64,000 nucleotides of DNA from Longimicrobiales bacterium (GCA_965238005.1 OZ250165.1:1056001-1120000), one strand, 5' to 3'. Shown: positions 40,880 through 51,701, counted from the first letter of the stretch. The notes: a model not told the origin generated them from the sequence alone. Program-made: numbers and translations.

Positions 40880-41263
40880 ATGAAGCGTATTTCCTTGACG
40901 TTTGCCGGACTCGCCATTGCCTTCATGGGCGCTTCCAGCCTTCAGGCTCAGGAGGCACTGCCTGAGGGCGTGACCGAGGCGATGGTCCAAGAGGGCCAGA
41001 CGATCTTCATGGGTGCAGGCCTGTGCGCCGTGTGCCACGGAATGGACGCCTCCGGGGCCGTGGGTCCGAATCTCACCGACGGCGAGTGGCTCACGGGCGA
41101 GGGGACCTACCCGGAGCTCATCGACCAGATCACCAAGGGAGTCTCCATGGCGGAAGTCAAGAACGCCCTTGGTATGATCATGCCTCCCAAGGGTGGCTCG
41201 GCTATCACCGATGACCAGGTGAAGGCGGTCGCCGCATACGTCTGGACGCTTACCCACGGCTGA
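40880..41263 (+). CDS. Periplasmic mono-haem c-type cytochrome
   Basis: Signal peptide, CAVCH, GPNLTD, MPPKG axial Met. Confidence 0.9.
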   Translation: MKRISLTFAGLAIAFMGASSLQAQEALPEGVTEAMVQEGQTIFMGAGLCAVCHGMDASGAVGPNLTDGEWLTGEGTYPELIDQITKGVSMAEVKNALGMIMPPKGGSAITDDQVKAVAAYVWTLTHG

Positions 41264-41371
41264 CCGACCAAGCGAGACTGACCTGCGAGAGCCCGCCGGA
41301 CTCGTGTCCGGTCGGGCTCTCTGCTTTGTGAGATCCTCTGGAGTGTCAAGCGAGGGACGCGTTCGGGTCGA

Positions 41372-41390
41372 TACTTTGTTCTGCAGAGTA
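41372..41390. promoter_or_regulatory. Candidate palindromic operator TACTTTG-N5-CAGAGTA
   Basis: Imperfect palindrome just upstream of the membrane protein + wHTH operon. Confidence 0.5.
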
Positions 41391-41427
41391 CTTGTCGCCA
41401 TTAACTTCTGCCCCTAGCATTGGTGAC

Positions 41428-42084
41428 ATGTCCCGGACACGTCATCGTCCCGAGTCCGACTCCCACCTAGAGTCCGGCTCCTACCTCGACTCCGATCCGC
41501 GTGTTGCGCCCGTGGAGCTCCACGCGCGCGCCATGGACAACCTCGCGTACATCCGCGAGACGATCGAGAGCTCGGTGCAGTTCACAACCCTGTCCGGCTT
41601 GGGGTCCATACTGCTCGGGGTGGTGGGGCTGGCTGCTGCGCCCGTCGCCTCGAGTCAGCCCACCCCCGGGAGGTGGCTGGTCACCTGGCTCCTGGCGGCG
41701 GCGCTGGCAATCCCTCTGGGGGGATCCGCCGTAGTGCGGAAGACCAGGAGGGCGGAGGTATCGCTCTTGAGCGGGCACGGGCGCAGGTTCGTGCTGGGAT
41801 TTGTGCCGGCCATGGCCGTCGGGGCGCTAGTCACCGTGGCTCTGTTCCGGGAAGGGCTCGTTCACCTGATGCCCGGCTGTTGGCTGCTCATGTACGGGAC
41901 GGGTGTGCTCACGGCCGGGATGTTCTCCGCGCGCATCATTCCCCTCATGGGCTTTTCGTTCATGCTGGTGGGGACCGGGGCGCTCTTCGCCCCGCCGGCG
42001 TGGGGCGACTCCTTCATGGCGGTGGGGTTCGGAGTGATTCACCTGTCATTCGGGATCATCATTGCGAGGAGGTACGGTGGCTAG
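41428..42084 (+). CDS. Multi-pass membrane protein
   Basis: LHARAMDNLAYIRETIE followed by about six TM segments; overlaps the next gene. Confidence 0.75.
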   Translation: MSRTRHRPESDSHLESGSYLDSDPRVAPVELHARAMDNLAYIRETIESSVQFTTLSGLGSILLGVVGLAAAPVASSQPTPGRWLVTWLLAAALAIPLGGSAVVRKTRRAEVSLLSGHGRRFVLGFVPAMAVGALVTVALFREGLVHLMPGCWLLMYGTGVLTAGMFSARIIPLMGFSFMLVGTGALFAPPAWGDSFMAVGFGVIHLSFGIIIARRYGG

Positions 42085-42451
42085 TCCAAAACCGCGGCCA
42101 CCGGAGGAGCGAGGGCGACCCGCGCTGATGAGCGTCGCAGGTAAAGGCATCGGCAGTCCCATGGCCCTCGACCGGGTCATTCACGAGCGCCTCCGCTTGG
42201 GCATCGTGAGCGCTCTGACCGTCAACGCTACCTTGACCTTCAAGGAGCTCAAGGATGCCCTGGGGGCTACCGACGGCAATCTGAGCGCGCATGCCAGGAA
42301 GCTTGAAGAAGCCGGCTACCTCAGGTGTGCGAAGTCCTTCGTCGACCGGGTCCCGCGGACCGAGTACTCCCTGACGGATCTCGGACGCGATCGCTTCGAG
42401 GAGTACCTCACCCACCTCGAGGCGCTCATCCGAACCGCCAAGGGCGCATAG
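42077..42451 (+). CDS. Winged-helix (MarR-like, HTH_34) transcriptional regulator
   Basis: LDRVIHERLRLGIVSAL, TDGNLSAHARKLEEAGY, PRTEYSLT. Confidence 0.9.
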   Translation: MASPKPRPPEERGRPALMSVAGKGIGSPMALDRVIHERLRLGIVSALTVNATLTFKELKDALGATDGNLSAHARKLEEAGYLRCAKSFVDRVPRTEYSLTDLGRDRFEEYLTHLEALIRTAKGA

Positions 42452-42574
42452 CGCCCTTCCAACCTGCGAGACCCCCCAGCCGTCCAATCCTGTGTGCCAG
42501 ACAGGCGGAGACCGCTGCGAGTTCGGTACCGAGCTTTCGGCCGAGCATCGTCGGCTTCACACGGTCCGTAACGG

Positions 42575-42637
42575 TCGAGGATGGGTAGGGCTCACTCGAG
42601 GATGGGTCGGGCTCAGTCGAGCATGGGTCGGGCTCAA
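42575..42637. repeat. Three tandem 21-bp intergenic repeats
   Basis: TCGAGGATGGGTAGGGCTCAC / TCGAGGATGGGTCGGGCTCAG / TCGAGCATGGGTCGGGCTCAA. Confidence 0.85.
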
Positions 42638-42706
42638 TAGGTCGGCGGTAACGACTCTCCCCCGATCCCGTTGCGGGACGGGCAGCCATCCCCGATCCTC
42701 CCCGCT

Positions 42707-43969
42707 ATGGAAGAATTTACCTCCGACGAAGGACGGGTCCTAGACGCCCTCGACCGCGACGGCCTTCTGGACTCGATCCGTGCCCTGGTTGCCATTCCGA
42801 GCCTCGGCGGCCACGAGACCCATGCTCAGGAGTGGGTGTCCGAGCTGATGCTCCGGATCGGGCTCGAGGTGGATGTCTGGGACCTCGACTTCGAGGCCCT
42901 GGCGCAGCATCGCGCCTACGCCGTCGAGTGCGAGCGCGACCGTGGCCTCGGGGTGGTCGGTCGACTGGGAGAGGAGGCCGGCGGCTCCAGTCTCATCCTC
43001 AACGGTCACGTGGACGTCGTCCCTCCCGGTCACGAAGACCGGTGGTCCGGCCCACCGTTCGATCCGTGGGTCGCGGACGACAAGATCTACGGCAGAGGCG
43101 CCGTGGACATGAAGGCGGGCCTGTGCTCCGCCATCTTCGCCGCCAAAGCCATCCAGGACGCCGGCGTGAAGCTGGCCGGCCCGCTCCTGATCGAGAGCGT
43201 CATCGGAGAGGAGGACGGCGGTGTGGGTACGTTGGCCACCATCCTCCGGGGGTACCGTGCGGAGGGGGCCATCGTGATGGAGCCCACCAACCTCGAGGTC
43301 GCCACCACGGGTGCCGGCTGCTTCAACTTCCGGGTGCGGGTGCCGGGTCAGGCCGCCCACGGCGCTCTCCGATCGGAGGGCGTGAGCGCGATTCGGAAGT
43401 CGCATCGGGTCCTCGAAACCCTGGAGAATCTGGAACGGGAGCGGAACGCCGACGGTGACCCGATCATCCCCGGAGAACTGCCGTTCCCCATCTCCGTCGG
43501 CACGGTCTCGGGCGGCGAGTGGGCGTCGTCGGTGCCGGAAGAGGTCGTGCTGGAGGGGCGGTACGGTGTGCGCCCCGGAGAGGACCCGGCACAGGCGCGG
43601 GCGGCTCTGGAGTCCGCCGTGGCCGACGCCGCGGAGGAGGATCCGTGGCTTCGCACCCATCGGCCCGAGGTCGAGTGGTGGGGTGGCCGGTACGAGGCGT
43701 CACGGGTGAATCCCGATGTCGGAGTCGCGGCCGCGGTGCGCGAAGCCCACCGGGCGGTGACCGGACGGAAGGCCCAGGTCACGGGCGTGCCCTACGGATC
43801 CGACGTGGCGCTGCTCGTGAACCACGGGGCGACCCCCGCGGTCCTCTACGGACCCGGCGACGTACGGAACGCCCACGCTCCGGACGAGTTCGTCCCCATC
43901 GAGGAGGTGGTCATCGCGGCCCGTACCCTCGCGATCACCGCGCTCCGTTTTTGTGGGGTGAGGGAATGA
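42707..43969 (+). CDS. ArgE/DapE-family M20 deacylase
   Basis: LNGHVDVV, GRGAVDMK, GEEDGG, MEP, YGPG...AHAPDE. Confidence 0.9.
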   Translation: MEEFTSDEGRVLDALDRDGLLDSIRALVAIPSLGGHETHAQEWVSELMLRIGLEVDVWDLDFEALAQHRAYAVECERDRGLGVVGRLGEEAGGSSLILNGHVDVVPPGHEDRWSGPPFDPWVADDKIYGRGAVDMKAGLCSAIFAAKAIQDAGVKLAGPLLIESVIGEEDGGVGTLATILRGYRAEGAIVMEPTNLEVATTGAGCFNFRVRVPGQAAHGALRSEGVSAIRKSHRVLETLENLERERNADGDPIIPGELPFPISVGTVSGGEWASSVPEEVVLEGRYGVRPGEDPAQARAALESAVADAAEEDPWLRTHRPEVEWWGGRYEASRVNPDVGVAAAVREAHRAVTGRKAQVTGVPYGSDVALLVNHGATPAVLYGPGDVRNAHAPDEFVPIEEVVIAARTLAITALRFCGVRE

Positions 43970-44103
43970 GCGGACCGGGTTCAACGGCCAATGAGGAAGC
44001 GTTGACTCCGGACGTTCTTCTATGGGCTGGATCGGGCACCGTCGTCCAGATCAGGTTGGTCGTGACCGGACATTACAGCGACGCCGTCTACGCCGTGGGA
44101 GGG

Positions 44104-44337
44104 TCAGCGGCCGAGGGCGACGGAGTCGTGCTGGGCCGCCCGAACGTTGGACTTCTCCAGGGCATCGAGGGCCTTGCCCACTCCACGCGCTCCAGGAATC
44201 GGGAGGGTGGTGATGATGCTGTCCTTTTGACGGCGCGTCAGGGTATCGGCGGGGTTGTCGCCGGCGTTCCCGCCACCGGAGCAGCCCAGCAGGACGATGG
44301 TCATGCCGGCCAACGCCGTCAGCGCAACATTTCTCAT
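44104..44337 (-). CDS. Small lipoprotein
   Basis: GGAGG RBS; lipobox LLGC. Confidence 0.65.
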   Translation of the reverse strand: MRNVALTALAGMTIVLLGCSGGGNAGDNPADTLTRRQKDSIITTLPIPGARGVGKALDALEKSNVRAAQHDSVALGR

Positions 44338-44390
44338 TGTGCACCTCCAGCACATATCACGAAATGACGGGAGCGGAACCAGGAGAAGCA

Positions 44391-44906
44391 TCACTCGAGG
44401 TCCCGAGGTCGCGTGAAGCTTCTCAGGCGTCCGCAGTCGCTTCGCACCTCTTCCCAACGATCTACCTCCAAGTCGATTATCGCCAGGGCGGCGGTTGAAA
44501 ACTTGGTGCGCATGAGGTCGAGCTCGGCAGCGTCTCCGTCGGCACAGAGCACGTGGGCCAGGATGGCCGTTCCGGGGTTGTGGCCTACCATGAGGATGGA
44601 CTCGACCGTGTCAGGCACCGCCCGAACGAGGTCGAGCAGCTGTTGAGGCGCCGCCAGGTAGAGGTCGCCGTCCCAGTCGATCTCGGGCTCGACGTCCAGC
44701 TCCTCCATCACGGCCGCCAGCGTCTCCCGGGTGCGGGCGGTGGTGGAGCAGAGAACTAGGTCCGGTCGGTGACCGCCCTCTCGGAGGTACGCACCCATCA
44801 ATGGGGCCGCTCGTTTTCCCCGGCCGTTCAATGGGCGGTCGTGATCGGCCACCGACGGATCGGCCCAGCTCGACTTGGCGTGACGGAGCAGGTAGAGAGT
44901 CCTCAT
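44391..44906 (-). CDS. sixA: SixA-like phosphohistidine phosphatase
   Basis: LLRHAKS, DHDRPL..RG, RTRET, VGHNP. Confidence 0.88.
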   Translation of the reverse strand: MRTLYLLRHAKSSWADPSVADHDRPLNGRGKRAAPLMGAYLREGGHRPDLVLCSTTARTRETLAAVMEELDVEPEIDWDGDLYLAAPQQLLDLVRAVPDTVESILMVGHNPGTAILAHVLCADGDAAELDLMRTKFSTAALAIIDLEVDRWEEVRSDCGRLRSFTRPRDLE

Positions 44907-44998
44907 GCCTATACCCATAAACATTTGGCGCCCAACGTGCTAGTATAAAAGAACCGCCCCGGGGGGCGGTTTTCGCTTCTCCGACAGGGGGGACCACC

Positions 44999-47164
44999 GT
45001 GGAAGACGTCGCGACCAAGGATCTCGCGGCCATCGGGCCACGCTCGCGCAAGCGCTTCATCAACCGGGAGCTGTCCTGGTTGGCGTTCAACGAGCGTGTC
45101 CTCGAGGAGGCGATGAACGAGCGGCACCCCCTTCTCGAACGCGTCAGATTTCTCTCCATCTCCGGCACCAACCTGGACGAGTTCTTCATGGTCCGGATCG
45201 CCGGCCTGAGGGCGCAGGTACAGGCCGGCGTCACGTCTTTGAGCCAGGACGGGAGAACGCCCCTCCAGCAGTTTCGCCAGGTCAACAGCCGGGCGGCGAA
45301 GCTGATGACGCGGCAGCAGGAGATCTGGCAGGTCCTCTGCGAGGAGCTTGCCGCAAGGGGAGTGTCGGTCCTCCATCCGTCGGATCTCAGGACGAAAGAC
45401 GAAGAGTGGACGGACGACTATTTCATCCGTCAAATCTTTCCGGTGCTCACGCCCCTGGCCGTGGATCCGGCTCACCCCTTCCCGTTCATACCCAACGGTG
45501 GACTGTGCCTCGCTCTCTCCCTTCGCCGTCCGGAGAGCGGAGAGCGGATGTCGGCGTTGCTGCCCCTCCCGTTGCAGATGCACCGCTTCGTGCGCCTCCC
45601 CGGGAAGTTGAAGAAGCCGCGCTTCGTGAGAGTGGAGGAGCTGATCTGCAGACACCTGCACACGCTCTTCCCTGGGTTCGAGGTGGAGGAGGTGGAGCAT
45701 TTCCGGGTCCTCAGGGACTCCGAGGTGGAGATCCAGGAGAAGGCGGAGGATCTGGTGCGGGAGTTCGAGTTGCTGGTCAAGCGCCGGAAGAGGGGATCGG
45801 TCATCTCCCTTCGCGTGTCGACTTTCATGTCCAAGGAGATGAGGGACTTCCTCATCATCGAGTTGGCAGCCGAGGCGAACAGTGTGTTCCAGGCCGGGGG
45901 CCTCTTGGGCCTAGGAGATCTGGCTGAGCTGATCACACGCGACCGCCCTGACCTCGTCTTCAGCCCCTTCACCCCACGCTTTCCGGAGCGGATTCGAGAC
46001 TTCGATGGAGACCACTTCGCGGCCATACGAGCGAAGGATCTGCTGGTTCACCATCCGTTCGAGAGCTTCGACGTGGTCGTACAGTTCGTCCGCCAAGCGG
46101 CCCGCGATCCGGATGTCGTGGCCATCAAGCAGACGCTCTACCGGACCAGTGACGACTCCCCTATCGTGCGCGAGCTCATCGAAGCGGCGGAGGCCGGAAA
46201 GAGCGTAACGGCGCTCGTGGAGCTGAAGGCTCGATTCGACGAGGAGGCGAACATCCGCCTGGCGCAGAAGATGGAGGCGTCAGGCGTGCATGTGGTCTAC
46301 GGCTTCATGGACCTGAAGACCCACGCCAAGCTTTCCCTCGTGGTGCGGCGGGAGGAGAGCGAGCTCCGCTCGTACGCCCACATCGGCACGGGCAACTACC
46401 ATCCCGGCAATGCGCGGGTGTACACAGACCTTTCTTACTTCACCTGTGACGAAGACCTCTGCGGCGACGCCGCTCGGGTCTTCAACTTCACCACCGGGTA
46501 CGGCCGCCCGCAAAATCTGAACAAGCTCGTGGTCGCCCCTTTCGATCTGCACGACACCCTCGTGAAGCTCATCGAGGAGGAGATGGCCCACGCCGAGGCC
46601 GGTCGACCTGCCACCATCTGGGCGAAGCTGAACGCCCTGGTGGACGGCAGCATCATCGACACCCTCTACCGAGCGTCACAGGCGGGGGTCCAGATCTCTC
46701 TCGTGGTCAGGGGGATCTGTTGCCTACGACCGGGGATCCCGGGCCTCTCTGAGAACATCACCGTCAAGAGCATCGTGGGACGCTTCCTGGAGCACAGCCG
46801 CATCGTCTGTTTCGGGAGCGGGCACCCGCTGCCATCAGGCTCCGCGAAGGTCTTCATCTCATCGGCGGATTGGATGCCTCGGAACCTCTATCGGAGGGTC
46901 GAGCACCTCGTCCCCATCGAGAACCCCACGGTCCACAGTCAAGTCCTCAACGAGATCATGCAGGCCAACCTCAGGGACACTCTCCAGAGCTGGTACCTTC
47001 AGCCGGACCGGACATACGAGCGCGCCGCGGCGGATGACGATCCCTTCGACGCTCACAGCTACTTCATGACCAATCCGAGTCTCTCGGGGCGCGGGAGCGC
47101 CGTCGCCGACTCGTTACAGCAACTCGAGCTCCACGCTCCCGCTGAGCCCATCCGAGAAGGTTGA
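44999..47164 (+). CDS. ppk1: Polyphosphate kinase 1
   Basis: NRELSWLAFNERV, LDEFFMVR, HHPFESF, ELKARFDEE, KTHAK, GRFLEHSR, SSADWMPRN. Confidence 0.97.
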   Translation: MEDVATKDLAAIGPRSRKRFINRELSWLAFNERVLEEAMNERHPLLERVRFLSISGTNLDEFFMVRIAGLRAQVQAGVTSLSQDGRTPLQQFRQVNSRAAKLMTRQQEIWQVLCEELAARGVSVLHPSDLRTKDEEWTDDYFIRQIFPVLTPLAVDPAHPFPFIPNGGLCLALSLRRPESGERMSALLPLPLQMHRFVRLPGKLKKPRFVRVEELICRHLHTLFPGFEVEEVEHFRVLRDSEVEIQEKAEDLVREFELLVKRRKRGSVISLRVSTFMSKEMRDFLIIELAAEANSVFQAGGLLGLGDLAELITRDRPDLVFSPFTPRFPERIRDFDGDHFAAIRAKDLLVHHPFESFDVVVQFVRQAARDPDVVAIKQTLYRTSDDSPIVRELIEAAEAGKSVTALVELKARFDEEANIRLAQKMEASGVHVVYGFMDLKTHAKLSLVVRREESELRSYAHIGTGNYHPGNARVYTDLSYFTCDEDLCGDAARVFNFTTGYGRPQNLNKLVVAPFDLHDTLVKLIEEEMAHAEAGRPATIWAKLNALVDGSIIDTLYRASQAGVQISLVVRGICCLRPGIPGLSENITVKSIVGRFLEHSRIVCFGSGHPLPSGSAKVFISSADWMPRNLYRRVEHLVPIENPTVHSQVLNEIMQANLRDTLQSWYLQPDRTYERAAADDDPFDAHSYFMTNPSLSGRGSAVADSLQQLELHAPAEPIREG

Positions 47165-47265
47165 CGGAGGCCGGACAGCGGTAGGAAAGTCCTTGCCCAA
47201 AGCAGGCTCTTGAGTCGGTATTCCTACAGGCCTGTCTCGACAGTTCACCGCCTCGAGGAAGCACA

Positions 47266-49335
47266 ATGAGCGAAGACGAGCTGACACCACCGGAGCCGAC
47301 GCCACCCACGTCACCCCCGGAGTCTTCAGGTGGGCCGCCGCCGCATCCCGAGGCGTCGAAAGGCGCCCCGGCGCAACAGTTCCGGCAGGGCACTAGAGAC
47401 GACCGGAGTGGGGCACGCCTACCCTGGCCGCCCCCGGGGTTCGAGTGGTTACAGGGAGTTCTCTGGAAGATCACGACGCTGGCCTGGCTAGGAAGCATCG
47501 TCCTGGTGACTCCCCTCATCTGGTCCCTAGCCACACCCTAAGAGTTCTGGAGCCTCGGCCCGCTGGAGGACAACTGGGCCCTGGGGCTGACCATAAGCCT
47601 CGTGGGCGCCGCGATTCTGTTCGTGGCGTTCTTCCTCCTTCAGTCTCTGGTGAGGGCAGGTGGGCGTGCCGCCGACCTTGGGTATGGCTTCCTGACCATC
47701 GCCGAGGTCGCCACGGATCTCCGTCGTGACCAGGGGTTCCTCCTCATGGGGAAGCGGCACTTTTCTCGGTTTTCCGAGGCCGACCGGACCCAGCTAACCA
47801 AACTGCGTCTCGCCGCGGCGGCCTTGATCCTCGCTGGTGCTCTCTGGCTCGCTGTGGGCTTCTCGCTATCCGTGGTGCTGGCCGCCCGTGAGCTTCTCAC
47901 ACAGCGAGAGATCTGGCTGGTGACCTTGGGACCGACGCTCGTGTTCCTCGTGTTCGGGGGAACCCTCCACGGATTCCAGTTCGTCCGAGTCCGACTGGCC
48001 TTGTCGGCCTGGCGGGCGCAGGAAGGCGGCATCGAGCGAATCCGTCAGGAGGTCGTGGCCTGGACGAACGAGCTGGAGGAGGCGGGGGACCAGTTGGTCA
48101 TGGGGGCGGGTTCCCTCGGTCAAGGCCGGCGTTTTCGAAGCGCCGCCTTCCTGGTGGTGCTCCTCTTCATCGTGGTCGTCGTCCCGACCATCACGGTCTC
48201 CCTGGCCAGCTCTGTGGGTCCCGTTCTGGCGGAGATCGCCATCCCCCAGTTCCTCTCCGTCCAGGAGATGGCGGGAGCGGCGGAGGCGCTTCGCCGCTAT
48301 CGCGTGGACAGTGATCCTACCATCGACGCCTTGGAGGCGGGGCGGGCTATGAACAACGTGGCCTTTGTCGGTTCCGCTGTGCCCCACCCAGAGCACCTCG
48401 AGCTACCACCTGCCACGCACTACGCGACCCCCTGGTTCCCCAGCTCCAATTTCCCAGACATCTTCCAGGAGGGTGTGGGGCGGGACCTCGTCCTGCAGAT
48501 CGAGGGCGGCTTCTCGAGCGACGAGCTCGACGCGCTCCGCCAGGCGGCTTCCCATCCTGCGCAGAACGATCTCTATCTGATCACGAGGGCGGAGCGGATC
48601 GACATGGTGTCCACCAGGTGGATCACTCCGTTCCCCGACAGCCTGACGGTGTTCACCCTACCGTTCCCCCACTTCACCGAGGTGCGCTACGCCGCGCTGG
48701 CGCGAGTGGCGAAGGCAATTGTCGAGCAGGTCGAAGGGCAGCCGGATCAGGCCGAGACGTCCATCCGCGAGATCATCTCCGCAGGCTTCCTGCTCGTCGA
48801 TGAAGGACCCACGCTCATCGACAACCTGGTGGGGGTCGTGGTGGCCAACATCGGGGGAGACGCGCTGGAGGGGCTCTACGAGGTGCAGAGCCGGGACGGT
48901 GAGCTGGAAACCCTCCGGTGGGCTCGCGAGTCTTCGGCGAACGCGGCTCACGCTGCACGATTGGGCCTGACGGAGGAGGACATCCACACGATTCTCAGGG
49001 GCATCCCCGACATCGTGGAGAACGAGAGCGCCCTGCGTGGCCTGAGGTGGGAGTACCTGGCCACCTTCAACTTGCTGGCACCGTGCATCAACCTCCAGAA
49101 GATGGTCTTCGGGCCCGACGAGACGTATCAGGAGTGGCTCGATCGAGTCCAGGCGTCCCTCGTGCGGCTCCTGGGGGATGGAGCACTCTTCGAGCTGGCC
49201 AATTCCGGGGCGTTCGCAGGTCGTCAGGAGCCCGGCGCCCTCGCCCGCCTCATGACGGTGACGTTGGGGAGCCAGACTCGACCGGGTAGCTGTGTGAACC
49301 TGATCTCCTCCTTGGAGTCCGGCGAAGCGATCTGA
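47266..49335 (+). pseudogene. Membrane protein with extracytoplasmic domain, interrupted by in-frame TAA at 47539-47541
   Basis: The 91-aa and 577-aa ORFs are in the same frame, and the reading frame is open between the TAA and 47602. Confidence 0.75.
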
Positions 49336-49352
49336 CCGTAAAGGATCCGCTC

Positions 49353-50726
49353 GTGAGAAGAATGCTCGTTTTCTGCGTGACCACGGGCCTCCTGTGGTTC
49401 TTCGCTCCCGCAGCGGGTAATGCTCAGACCAGCCTGGCGGACGCCTACCGAGGCCCGGCGAACCGGCTCATCGACGCGGCCCTCGCCGACAGCGCCGCCT
49501 ACGACCGCCTCACGGAGCTGGTCGACCGATTCGGACATCGCTTCAGTGGCTCCTTGAGCCTCGAGCGCGCCCTGGACTGGATCCTCGAGGAGATGGAGGC
49601 CGACGGCCTCGACAACGTCCGGGGCGAGCCCGTCATGGTCCCGCACTGGGTCCGTGGGAAGGAGTCTCTGCAGATGATGGCACCGGTGGCCCGCGACCTT
49701 CCCATGCTGGGACTCGGGGGGAGCATCGCCACGCCACCCGCGGGCCTTCGGGCCGAGGTCATGGTCGTCGGGAGCTTCGAGGAGCTCGAGGAGCGAGCTC
49801 CGGAGGCTCGCGGTCGGATTGTGCTCTTCAACGTTCCCTTCACGACCTACGGGGAAACGCGTCCGATTCGCAGCGACGGAGCGGTGGCCGCCGCCCGGGC
49901 GGGCGCGGTGGCCAGCCTTATCCGTTCCGTGACCCCGTACTCCCAGCAGACTCCCCACACCGGCGCCTTGAGCTACCAGGACGGCGTTCGGCGCATCCCC
50001 CACGCGGCAATCACGGTGGAGGACGCCGAGCGGATCCAACGCATCGTGGATCGCGGAGAACGGGTGGAGCTTCACCTGTACATGAGCGCTGAGACGCTCC
50101 CCGACGCCCCATCGAGGAACGTCATGGCAGAGATCGAGGGGAGCGAGCTCCCGGGCCAAGTGGTGGTCCTCGGCGGGCACATCGACTCGTGGGACGTGGG
50201 CCAGGGCGCCATGGACGACGGTGGGGGCTCGGTCGCCGCCTGGGAGGCGATCCGGCTGATGAAGGTGCTTGGGCTGCGCCCGAGGCGCACGGTGCGGGCG
50301 GTGCTCTGGACCAACGAGGAGAATGGCGGTGCAGGCGGCCGGGCCTATCGCGACGCCCGCGTGGCGGATGACGACCAACACGTGCTCGCCATGGAGTCAG
50401 ATGGCGGCGTATTCAAACCCTTGGGCTTCGGGTTCACCGGCCCTGACGAGGCTTTCGCCATCATCCAGGAGATCGGCACGTTGCTCGAACCCATCGAGGC
50501 CGGGCTGATCACCCGGGGCGGGGGAGGGGCTGACATCACACCCCTCATGCAGGGTGGGGTGCCCGGCATGGGCCTATCGGTGGACCGGACCCGTTACTTC
50601 TGGTATCACCACACCGATGCCGACACCATCGACAAGCTGGACGCCCGGGAGATGGCGCTTTGCGTGGCAACGATGGCGGTGATGGCCTACGTGGTTGCGG
50701 ACATGCCGGATCGGCTACCGCGTTGA
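49353..50726 (+). CDS. M28 peptidase with PA domain (carboxypeptidase Q-like), secreted
   Basis: GGHIDSWDVGQGAMDDGGG, NEENG, ESD, YHHTDAD. Confidence 0.92.
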   Translation: MRRMLVFCVTTGLLWFFAPAAGNAQTSLADAYRGPANRLIDAALADSAAYDRLTELVDRFGHRFSGSLSLERALDWILEEMEADGLDNVRGEPVMVPHWVRGKESLQMMAPVARDLPMLGLGGSIATPPAGLRAEVMVVGSFEELEERAPEARGRIVLFNVPFTTYGETRPIRSDGAVAAARAGAVASLIRSVTPYSQQTPHTGALSYQDGVRRIPHAAITVEDAERIQRIVDRGERVELHLYMSAETLPDAPSRNVMAEIEGSELPGQVVVLGGHIDSWDVGQGAMDDGGGSVAAWEAIRLMKVLGLRPRRTVRAVLWTNEENGGAGGRAYRDARVADDDQHVLAMESDGGVFKPLGFGFTGPDEAFAIIQEIGTLLEPIEAGLITRGGGGADITPLMQGGVPGMGLSVDRTRYFWYHHTDADTIDKLDAREMALCVATMAVMAYVVADMPDRLPR

Positions 50727-50727
50727 G

Positions 50728-51603
50728 CTAGGAGCCAGGCCAGCGCCTGGGCTGCGTCACAACGACCGGCTGGAGGGACTCGGAGGGGCGTCGTGCTTCC
50801 CTCGTTGCCAGATCGAACCGGTCTCCGGGCGATAGGAAGTAGAAGAGGCCCGAGCCTCCGACCATGCTCTGGTTGTCGTAGATGAGGACGTAGCTCTGCC
50901 CGATGACTTCGAACTCATCACCTTTTACCACGATGGCCGTGTCCTCGTCGATCCCGATGCCCAGCAGCTCGGTGTGGGCGCGGATGATCTCAATGAGATC
51001 GAACTGGCGGTTGCGCCTCAGCACGTGCTGATCAATGGCCGTGTTCCGGAGAAAGCCGAAGCCCTCTTCGTGATCTCCCATCATGATCGTGTTGGTGCCT
51101 GTATCACCCCGGACCAAATAGGACCCCTGAATGGTTGCGCCGGCCGAGGAGCCTCCGATGACGCCGCCCCGCTCCAGGAGGTTCCAGAGCTCCTCTTCGG
51201 TCCTGGTTCCCAGATAGGAGTCGGCCAGCCGCCACTGACGGCCCCCGGGGAACCACACCCCATTGGCTTCTCGGATCGCCTTTACGAACTCGTCGGAGTC
51301 GGCTTCCGCCCGATCCTTCGTGTGAAGAACCTCGAGGTTGGTTGCGCCCACGTCACGCCACGAGTTGAGGCCCTGGTAGAACTGGTCGTATTCGTCGTCG
51401 CCCCCAGCCGTGGGGATGACCACGATGGCGGCGTCAGGGCCACCGGCCAGGTCCAGAAAGCGCTCCATGATGCCCGGGTCCCGCATGGCTCCACCCACGA
51501 TGACGAGGGAGCCGTTGGATGGTCCGACGTCTTGAGCGCCGAGCTGTGGGGCGAACCAAAGGAGCGTCAACAGTGCCAGGGCGCCGAGGGCGGGTCGATA
51601 CAT
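50728..51603 (-). CDS. Cyanophycinase-like S51 peptidase with signal peptide
   Basis: LVIVGG, IPTA, GGRQ, GSSAGA, IDQH..RNR, GIDEDTA. Confidence 0.88.
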   Translation of the reverse strand: MYRPALGALALLTLLWFAPQLGAQDVGPSNGSLVIVGGAMRDPGIMERFLDLAGGPDAAIVVIPTAGGDDEYDQFYQGLNSWRDVGATNLEVLHTKDRAEADSDEFVKAIREANGVWFPGGRQWRLADSYLGTRTEEELWNLLERGGVIGGSSAGATIQGSYLVRGDTGTNTIMMGDHEEGFGFLRNTAIDQHVLRRNRQFDLIEIIRAHTELLGIGIDEDTAIVVKGDEFEVIGQSYVLIYDNQSMVGGSGLFYFLSPGDRFDLATREARRPSESLQPVVVTQPRRWPGS

Positions 51604-51701
51604 GGTTCTCTCCGATCCCAGGTTCAATGCGAAATGACGGATAATGCGGTCGGCCGCCGGCAAACTCCGGCTTGGCTGAGGGGGGGCGGAGCTCTGACCG
51701 C

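Noticed and set aside
42575..42637. CRISPR array
   Set aside because: Repeats are contiguous with no spacers, and there are no cas genes in the window
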